Below, piece after piece: positions 54,995 to 64,000 of a stretch of 64,000 bases of DNA. Numbering within the stretch: position 1 is the stretch's first letter; every line of letters starts with the position of its first letter. The notes under the pieces are model-generated. The model did not search any database, had not been told where the DNA came from, and was given only the letters and a program-made list of their open reading frames with translations. The DNA is from Octopus vulgaris (lineage: Eukaryota): NCBI GenBank assembly GCA_951406725.2, contig OX597827.1, forward strand, positions 2,418,001 through 2,482,000. The letters run 5' to 3'. The translations under genes and the position numbers were made by a program.

Positions 54995-55345
54995 GTTCGA
55001 TGAAACAAATTTTCCCCTGTGCTTGCATTTGCTGAAAGTTTCGGATCTTAGCTCTAAAAAGAATATGTGATCTTTCAGCTATTCATAAATAACCTCTCTT
55101 AGATCCATTTACACATGGCATGGATCTCTCTAGGATTCTCCACTTGACTGTATATGATGTGCAGTTTTGTCTTCAAACATTATACGTGGCTAACCAACTG
55201 AGAGGGTTTATTTTGCCGGAAAGAACGTCTTTTGGAATCACCGTCGATATAATTTTTCGTTCACTTCTCCTTTACCCTAGGGGTTTCTCATCTACCGGCG
55301 TTCTAATTTTCAAATATAACAGACCATGTGCTGAGAGCCTGAAGA
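54995..55345 (-). pseudogene. Second Penelope-like GIY-YIG endonuclease remnant
   Basis: Minus strand NYIDGDSKRRSFRQNKPSQLVSHV*CLKTK../SYTVKWRILERSMPCVNGSKRGYL*IAERSHILF../FSKCKHRGKF. Confidence 0.8.
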
Positions 55346-55544
55346 TTGTTTAGAGAAACATTGTACGTTATAAAAACCTGTCTAGCGACGTGTCTTCACA
55401 GCAAGAAACTGTTAGTAGCTCTTACCTTTATACTATATATATTTGTGTGTGCGTGTGTGCATGTGTGTGCGTGTGTGTGAGTATGTGTGTGTGTGTGTGT
55501 GAGTGTGTGTGTGTGAGTGTGTGTGTGTGTGTGAGTGTGTGTGT

Positions 55545-55607
<63 letters not shown>

Positions 55608-55654
55608 TGTGAGTGTGTGTGTGTGTGTGAGTGTGAGTGTGTGTGTGTGTGTGT

Positions 55655-55732
<78 letters not shown>

Positions 55733-55904
55733 CCCACCGCTTAACAACTTGCGCTCGTTTATTTACGTCTCGTGTGTAAGCGGTTCGGTAAGAAGAAACC
55801 GATAGAATAGGCACCATTTGTACGACTAAAATTCTTCAAGGCGTGTCCCAGCCTGTCCACAGTCAAATGAATTAAGCAAGTGAAAAACGAAAGATGTATA
55901 TACC

Positions 55905-56056
55905 CAACATTATTACGTTTCTATGGATATATCACCGGCATTATGATGTTTCTATAGATACGTCTTTTACACAATGTTATGATATTTCTGCAGATATATA
56001 TGCACGGTGGTATTGATGTTCCTATTGATATATACACGGTATTATGATGTTTCAGG
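55905..56056. repeat. Minisatellite, ~31-41-bp unit, ~4.5 copies
   Basis: Recurrent ATTATGATGTTTCTATAGATATAT..CACGG. Confidence 0.75.
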
Positions 56057-56190
56057 AAGTAATACAACCGCAGCTACAACAGACACTATTGTCACTGTCA
56101 AAGAATCTCTTACCATAAAGACCATTATCACAACTACTACGAGAACGACAATAACCTACTACTACTACTACCACCACCACCACCACCACC

Positions 56191-56221
<31 letters not shown>

Positions 56222-56523
56222 TAGAATATATACCTTTGTTATTGAACGTTGCTCGCGTCTTTTTCTTGCGATGTCTACTATATAAGGTCTTTAACCCACA
56301 TGGATATATATACACAGGATTACACCTAAAGATTTACACTTTTGGATCTACGCAAGATTGCCCTTAAGGACTCATGCATCTATAACTTCGGAAAGTTGAA
56401 CTATGAACATTTTGCTTCTTTTTTCTTTTCTCTTTCCATCTCCTTATTCTCTTACTCCCTTCCTTTACGATGTCATCTTCTTGATATATACCATTCTCAT
56501 TTTCCATATTTTTCCCCCTATTT

Positions 56524-56579
56524 GTCTCTGATGATGGAATATCTCATACTCGGGGATATCCCAGAAACAACTGTAAGAT
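56524..56579 (+). ncRNA. Type I hammerhead ribozyme, canonical core, predicted GUA cleavage after 56575
   Basis: GTCT-CTGATGA-TGGaATATCTC-atactcg-GGGATATcCCA-GAAA-CA-ac-TG-TA-AGAT. All conserved core nucleotides present, 10/11 pairs in helix II. Confidence 0.82.
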
Positions 56580-56806
56580 TTTGGATTTCTTCCTGTAATG
56601 ATATTGTATGACTTGAGATGTTTGCCTTGCCTTAATGTTTGGCGTTTTATTTAACAATTATATATCCGCTGCATCGGAAATCTGCAATGGCTCCATAACT
56701 ACCATCTCGGCTATAACCCTGGAACCGCAGTAATCCGTTACAGCACTTACTTAGCATACCCAATCGTTCACATATGAACTAAACCCCCATACTTTGTGTG
56801 TGTACG

Positions 56807-56881
<75 letters not shown>

Positions 56882-57086
56882 GCATGTATGTCTATATATT
56901 TATATATAGTAGAAATATGTTTTGAAAAAAATATAAAATACACGTGGAAGTGGAAGTGTAAAATAAGAAAAGTCAACGAAAATGCATATTGCAGGTATAA
57001 CAAGACTATTTATGATAGGTAGTGGCAAAAATATACATTTAGAGTATTACGAGTCAAAAAGGTCATTATTATTGATGATTATAAGA

Positions 57087-57119
<33 letters not shown>

Positions 57120-58136
57120 GGTAAGGACTGAAACGAACCAATTGGTTTTCGCGTTAACTGTTCATCGTTTGGATAACCATTTATATATATATATACATAT
57201 ATATATATATGTATGTATATATGTATATATATATATATATACATAGATATATATATATGTGTGTATATGCATTCCTATATATGTATATATGTGTATATAT
57301 ATACATACCTTGTGCTCACCTTATAGCAGGTATCTAAATTTTGTACGACTCTTACTCTATCTTTTATTCCCCCTCCCATTTTTCTTCCTTGTTCTCGCTC
57401 TCCTCTCACACATTTCTTGTCCCTCTCTTTCTTTAACTCCCCCTATTTCCCGCTCGTTTATCTGCTCTGCACCTTTCTCTTTGTCTCTGATTTTTTTTCT
57501 AATCCTTCAATCCTGCTGCCCCCTACCCATCTCTCCTCTTTCCACGTGATCGGTGTCGGGCCAGCCCTGATCTTTCTTTTTTGGCCTGACTACCGGCCGC
57601 CAACGCCTCTTATGTCCATCTCTTATATTCCTGCCTTTAGGCTTTCACCTCATATAAGCCAACTCAATTTGATTCATTTCCAGACAAAAGACACCTTTTG
57701 TTATTTCTTGTTGTTTGTATTCGTAATTGTGTATCATGTTCTCCATTTTTTTGTCGTTGTTGCCGTACAGGGTGGGGGGTGGGGGTGACAACCAGATCGA
57801 ATCATCTCAAGTGTAACGGCCGGAAATGGTCGTGACTTCTGGAACTTGACTGAGGAAAGAAAGCCACGAATGACCCGTCCTTTCTTCTAATTGAAGGAAT
57901 GCCTGTCCTAATTGTTGTTTCTCCTGTTCCCTTTTGTATCGCCTATCTGTCCGAATGTTTCAATGTCCTCTATTGCATTTTTGTAATATTTTTATATGTG
58001 TGTGTGTGTGTGTGTGTGTATGTGTGTGTGCGTGTGTGTGAGTGTGTGCGTACTTATAAAAAATACCATTATTATTATTTATAGAATTGTAAGATCTCGA
58101 CATCGCTCAACAAAACTATTTGCACCGAAAGCACAC

Positions 58137-58202
<66 letters not shown>

Positions 58203-58361
58203 ATATATATATATACTGGTACTTATTTTCCACGATACTGAAACGATGTCAGTCACGGTGACATTTGAACTCAGGACGTGAAAACAGAGCGAAATGCTGT
58301 TAAATTTTTCCTCTGATGATGTAGTCCCAAGCACAGGCTCTCATGGCTTCTGAATTACCTG

Positions 58362-58562
58362 ACATGTACAGCCTATCGGTGTCACTCTTAGAGTGGAAGG
58401 CTTCCTGCACTGCCAACATTTTTCTGGTCCTGGTATCCATTTTCATCTCTTCCCTTTTTTGCCATTTTATAATTCCTGCTCTATACCGAAGCGATGTTAT
58501 CGCCCAAGTTTTAACTGCTTGGATTCTATTCTATCCAGTCAATTTTGAGCGCAACACCAACC

Positions 58563-58563
<1 letters not shown>
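58362..58563 (-). pseudogene. R4/Dong-like RT thumb-region remnant
   Basis: Minus strand RLVLRSKLTG*NRIQAVKTWAITSLRYRAGIIKW../MDTRTRKMLAVQEAFHSKSDTDRLYMS matches L.SKLNG.N.I.AINTWA...LRY.AGI..W / DRKTRK.....AFHPKSD.DRLY. Abuts (ATT)n. Confidence 0.88.
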
Positions 58564-58621
<58 letters not shown>

Positions 58622-59584
58622 CTTTTTATTGTTGTAATTGATCTGGGTTGGTCGATTATTCTAATGAGGTTCCAGTAATGGGTGTGTCCTTCAGTTCAAT
58701 GATTCATTGTTTTCTTTTTGTTTTTCTTCTTCGATTTTTATTTATTTTTAAATTTTTTTAAATTTTTTAATTGTTTTTAATTTTTTGTAATTTAATTTGT
58801 ATTGTTAAGAAATGCGTTTGAAGAAAAAAACTTAACAGAATTTCAAATTCAAAATATCAAAAAGCCCCACCCATCCAGCCAATCTAAAAAAAAAAAAAGT
58901 AAATATATAAATAGATAAAGAATACCAAAAAAAAAATTTGAAGGTTTACAATTATGATAATTTGTCCTAATTAGTCATAGATTTCCTGTTTAGCTGCTGC
59001 TGTCTTTGTTGCTGCTGTTGCTCCCGCTGCAGTTGATAATTTCGATGAGAGCAGTGGTGAGGATGGTGAGGATGGTGATGATGGTGATGATGATGATGAA
59101 TATCATCATCATCGTCGTAATCGTTTTCGTTGTTATTGTTGTCATTATATTTTTGCTTGCAATGTGCGTATGCATGTATGTCTGTGAGTGCATGTGAGGG
59201 TGCATGCGAGAGAGTATGCAATCTATACAGAGGTAGAAAGGGAGGAGGAAAACAGAGAGAAATTGGTAATATGTGAGAGAGGGAAATATAGAAACTCAGA
59301 GAAAAAGAGCGAACCAAAGAGAGAGAAACAGAGAGAGAAGACAAAGGAAAGAATTAAATGTGAAAAACAGAAAAATTTGAAAACGTGAAATGACATTATA
59401 AGGAAGTAAAATGAATGAATGTGATTTCTATGTTGGTATGTTTGCGTTCTTGTGTACGTGTGTGAGTGTGTGTGTGTATAAGTATGCGTCTGTGTGTGTG
59501 TGTCAAGGGAGATTGTAAAACGCAAAGATATCTAGGTTAGTAGGCATAAATGTATTTGTGTATATGTGTGTGTGTTTGACATAC

Positions 59585-60038
59585 TTAACGTGTCTATATA
59601 GAAGAAAACTCAGAAGCTGCAGCTTTCGTTCGGGGACAGCCCCTTTAATATACGCACTTTGTTAAAAACGTAATATACTTCAGAGTTATCCGAGGCGTGA
59701 TCCATTCGGAACTGACGGCTAGAGAAACAGAAACACATTTCGCCGTTCTTGCGGCTTGTCAGTACCACGCACTCTCGTCACTTCCGACACGAAATCATCC
59801 CAGCCAGTCTGGAATATACAGAGTCAGTAAACATACAATTCACTGAGCTGTCACACGCCGGATATTCTCGATCTGCTAAATCGTCTTCACATCGTGTGGA
59901 GGCCTTTCGAGTAGCTTTTACTGGTTTCTTGGATACCACTCGGCATCCAATTGTTGTCTGTGAATCTTGCAGCATGTCCGGCTCAGCTGAACAATGGAAA
60001 GACGATTTTGACCGTGACGGAAGAGAATAACGTAATCC
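59585..60038 (-). other. Unique-sequence island, candidate exon
   Basis: Acceptor AATTCTTTCAG at 60039, GTATGT donors at ~59835 and 59584, open frame GLRYSLPSRSKSSFHCSAEPDMLQ..DSSVN. No recognisable homology. Confidence 0.3.
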
Positions 60039-60402
60039 TGAAAGAATTGGAAGAGCGTTGAGTTCAGCCATGTATAACAACATCCAAGAGTCTGATTGAT
60101 ACAGGTAATATGTATGTGTGTGTGTGTGTATGTGTGTGAGTGTGTGTGTGTGTGAATGTGTGTACGCGTGCGTGTGTGTATGTGTGTGTTCGTATGTATT
60201 TATGTGTGTACGATATACATGCATAAACAGAAGGCCAGACAGACAGAGAGACAGACAGACAGGCAGACAGACAGGCAGGCAGACAGACAGACAGACAGAC
60301 AGATAGATAGATAGATAGATAGATAGAACTAAACGGCTATCCCATGCGGCACACATTCTTGCTACGTTACTAGATAACCAGTTAAAGAGCAAGCACCTAC
60401 AG

Positions 60403-60666
60403 CATGAGTTCTCAACCATTTCTATCTACATCCACAGTCACTCGATATTTTAAAACTAGTTTTACAGAAACGGCTTTCAAAATTCCTATTTCGTAGGTTG
60501 AACTATGGAAAATGTTACAGAGAGAAACCTAACTCGAAAGGAAAATTTTTTCAGGGACGTTTAGAATACTATCATGGATCCCCTATTTGCTATTTTGTTG
60601 CGTGGACCCCCATAAAATTTTATATGGAACCTTAGGGGCTATATGGACCCTAGTTGAGAACCACTG
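60403..60666. mobile_element. hAT (Charlie-like) MITE
   Basis: TIRs CATGAGTTCTCAAC / GTTGAGAACCACTG. Flanks ACCTACAG / ATCTACAC match 6/8. Confidence 0.75.
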
Positions 60667-60769
60667 ATCTACACGGTCACTCAATCTGCTGGAAATACCA
60701 ATTTCTCTCAACTGACATCCATCATAGAGGACATGTTGGATATTGTGTGGGTAGGATATATAAAACAAC

Positions 60770-60800
<31 letters not shown>

Positions 60801-60824
60801 AAGATAGATAGATAGATAGGTAGG

Positions 60825-60861
<37 letters not shown>

Positions 60862-60863
<2 letters not shown>

Positions 60864-61060
60864 GTTTCTTTATTGGCCACACAGGGCTGCACACAGATGG
60901 GACAAGTTACAAGGTAGAGCTTTTCTTTTGGGGGATGAAAAAAAGGGGGTGGCGTAGGTTTTCGATCAAGAGGGATCGTAAAAGGGAAGAAAAGAACAAA
61001 AAAAAATTAAAAATGAAAAAAAAATAGAATAAAAAATAAAAAGAATAAAAGAAAAAAAAA
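60862..61060 (-). mobile_element. LINE 3'UTR fragment inside (GATA)n
   Basis: Minus strand ends TTGTCCCATCTGTGTGCAGCCCTGTGTGGCCAATAAAGAAA then (TCTA)n. (GATA)n on both sides. Confidence 0.6.
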
Positions 61061-61373
61061 GATAGATAGATAGATAGATAGATAAATTTAGATAGATAGG
61101 CAGATAGACAGATAGACAGATAGAGATAGAGAGAGAGGAGAGAAAGAGCAGGTGCGATGTCTCAACAGGGCAATACATTTTAAGATGACAGAAAACGTTG
61201 TGAAGAAAACTAAGAAAACTGCGACGGAGGAGGACAGATTAAGCAGTAATTGGTTTGTAAACAGCATCAATGGGGGAGAGGCTGTGAGAGCGAGACAGAG
61301 AAAGAGAGAGAGAGAGTGAGTGTGTGTGTGTGTGTGTGAGAGAGAGAGGGGAAGATGCTCACTTTTCTTTTAG

Positions 61374-61510
61374 ATTGTTATGAAGTGGAGGCGAGAAACA
61401 AATCCTTTTTACGAACGCTGGTTGCGGTCTTGTAGTAGCCTTTCATTTCTCAAGACAAGGAATCACTGGAGACACAGGAACGAGATCCAGTTTTGGTGAC
61501 CCTTCTCAGG
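61374..61510 (+). other. Candidate non-coding/UTR exon
   Basis: Acceptor CTCACTTTTCTTTTAG, donor AGG|GTGAGC. Stops in all frames. Confidence 0.28.
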
Positions 61511-61836
61511 GTGAGCCATTACTCTATATCAGTGGAGTGTGTGTGTGTGTGTGTGTATGTGTGAGCTGAGATTTTTAGTCTAAAGGAAACAGCATAAAAA
61601 CAAGACTATCACGAGAAATGTATACTTTTCGCCTTCGGTATGTTCGGAAGGGATTGGTTTTATTTATTTATCTATCTATTTATTTGTTTGTTTGTTTATT
61701 CTCAAATCAAGAATACTTTGCGAACCAGCGGGAGATATTTGCTTTGTGACCTTCTGGCAAAGTGTTTGGCAAAAGCTGTGTTACAGAGGAAATCCCGATG
61801 GGAGATGTTTGTAGCCTGCCTTTATTTCTGACTCAC

Positions 61837-62006
61837 ATCTCACATGTAATTCGAAAATGAGAAAATACAGTCTGCGGCTCATGTGCCATAAAAACCGAGG
61901 AGGTCACTATTTGTGCTCTGCTTTGCATTGCCGAATGACCCGCGTCCATCATTCTGTTTAAGCAAAATCTCGGGAGAGCGAAATCAAGACCAACCATAAA
62001 TGCGTG
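61837..62006 (-). other. Candidate coding exon (170 nt, open in frame 0)
   Basis: Acceptor TTTTTTTTCTTCGTGTGCAG, donor GAT|GTGAGT. Encodes HAFMVGLDFALPRFCLNRMMDAGHSAMQSRAQIVTSSVFMAHEPQTVFSHFRITCE, not recognised. Confidence 0.35.
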
Positions 62007-62316
62007 CTGCACACGAAGAAAAAAAAAAGCCCAACGGAAACAAATACATGCATTCACAAGATCATGTGTGCATAGGCTCGTGTGAGCATGTATGTATATG
62101 TGTGTATAGATACATGCGTAGATAAACGCATGGGTATAAATGTACGTATATACATATATATACTATATACATGAATACACACACACACGCGCATATATAT
62201 ATATATATACGTACATATACATGCATACATATATATATATACATATACGTATACACACACACACATATACATGTATAAATATATGTGTATATATATGTGT
62301 GTGTGTGTGAGTATAT

Positions 62317-62394
<78 letters not shown>

Positions 62395-62494
62395 ACACAC
62401 ACACATACATACACACAATCTGAAGACTCCACTAAAGAGGACGCAAGCGCTAATATATGATGTTAATAAAAACATGTGACATAATAAATATGTC

Positions 62495-62760
62495 ACAACA
62501 AAACTTCTTGAAACACTAAAGATGAACTGAAAACAAGGATTATGGCAGCATTCGCCAGCTTAAACAAGGAAACCGTTCCGAAGAATTGCAAGAGATTCCG
62601 AAGTCATCTGGAGGACGTGGTTGAAGCCAATGGCAAATTTATTGAATAAATTTACTATTTCGTATTTCAAGACATTTTTATATAATTTTGGTAAATATAC
62701 ATGCTAAAATGAGAGGTCAGTGATATGTCTATATGTGCATAATTTAGACGATAGTGCGGT
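62495..62760 (+). pseudogene. Tc1/mariner-superfamily transposase C-terminus and 3' end
   Basis: NKTS*NTKDELKTRIMAAFASLNKETVPKNCKRFRSHLEDVVEANGKFIE* matches the C-terminal pattern ..C..FR.RLEAV.EA.G..IE*. Confidence 0.85.
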
Positions 62761-62781
62761 AAATATATATATTCACAGCAC

Positions 62782-62899
<118 letters not shown>

Positions 62900-62904
62900 T
62901 ATAC

Positions 62905-62935
<31 letters not shown>

Positions 62936-63279
62936 AATACATATATATACATACATATATATATATATGTATATATATATATGCATACATACATATATAT
63001 ATATGTATACATGTATTGGTGCATATATGCACGCATAGATACATATGTACACACGCACATATGTATAGCTGAAGCGCTGGCAACGTGTTTTAGCTGACAG
63101 AATCTCTGCACGTTGTTCTATTCTGGGGTTTTCTTAGATGTAAGCTAATCACAAGAGTGTGAGTCTTTTAGTAAACACACATGTTTATCGATTTCCTTTT
63201 ACTAGTTAAAGCGAAATGAACATGGTTTAAACACGAAGTCTACTTTGCTTCTCTTAAAATGTGTTTGGGAACATTTTGG

Positions 63280-63415
63280 ACATGGCTCTGTGGTTAAGCT
63301 CACTTTGCAAGCTACATCATTGCAGGTTCAGTTCTACTGTGCTTAGCCAAGTGGCTTCTACAAATGCTTTATGAGTCAATTTGATAAACGGAAACTGTAT
63401 GGAAGCCCATCGTAT
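63280..63415 (+). mobile_element. SINE family B head, strongly diverged
   Basis: GGTTCAGTTCTACTG..ACGGAAACTGTATGGAAGCCCATCGTATATATG. Confidence 0.6.
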
Positions 63416-63491
63416 ATATGCGCGTGTGTGTGTTGTGTGTGTCTGTGTGTGCGCGCGTGCATATATTCATATATATATATATATTAATATT

Positions 63492-63550
<59 letters not shown>

Positions 63551-63562
63551 ATATATATTATT

Positions 63563-63602
<40 letters not shown>

Positions 63603-64000
63603 AATAGAGATAGATAGATAAAAACACATAGACAGACAAACAGACAGACAGATAGATAGGTGTGGTGTGGTGTGTGTGTATCTACATAAATTTTTACATG
63701 GTAAAGATTAAGAGTCACTTCAAAGATTTTCTTATTAGCTGTCATTTGTCAGTCTGAAAACGGCGGGTAAACTTCGAAATCACTCATCTCTTTGCAAAGT
63801 AAGTTTGCAAAAACTAACATAGATGCGACTAAAAGGTACTGAATTGAGGGACTGTTCAACTGAATTTATTAAATTGATTTTTTATATATAACTTCATATA
63901 AAAACAACCATTTATATTACCGATGTCATATACACATAATGTATGTGTTTCGTTTATGTGTTTATTGGCTGCAGGATTTGTCGGAGGAAATGTCCCTTTG

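Noticed and set aside
55905-56056. Regularly spaced ~35-bp repeats superficially CRISPR-like
   Set aside because: Degenerate tandem units with no unique spacers, in a eukaryotic context with no cas genes
59790-59835. FTDSVYSRL resembles the PACAP/glucagon motif FTDSYSR
   Set aside because: No HSDG N-terminus, no flanking dibasic processing sites and no signal peptide. Short chance similarity.

Overview
This is eukaryotic, AT-rich DNA saturated with microsatellites. The repeat families suggest a coleoid cephalopod, most likely Octopus (recognised by eye, no database search run). No complete protein-coding gene is visible, and nearly all ORFs in the supplied track are translations of simple repeats. 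The window looks like a large intron or intergenic region. It holds dozens of tRNA-derived SINEs (at least 4-5 families) and decayed protein-coding remnants of Penelope-like (GIY-YIG), R4/Dong-like, RTE and Tc1/mariner elements. It also holds hAT and Tc1-type MITEs, a Gypsy-like LTR with a tRNA-Ser primer-binding site, and a few isolated candidate exons. The most interesting signal is a set of about 8 type I hammerhead ribozyme motifs: one with a fully canonical core at 56524-56579 and several with 1-2 core changes. They sit mostly in (TA)n-flanked AT-rich islands, and one forms the tail of a tRNA-headed SINE. Other highlights are a SINE that appears to insert at ATAC(C), including into itself, and LINE ends embedded in specific microsatellites. 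All folds, alignments and translations were done by eye, and boundaries of decayed elements are approximate.
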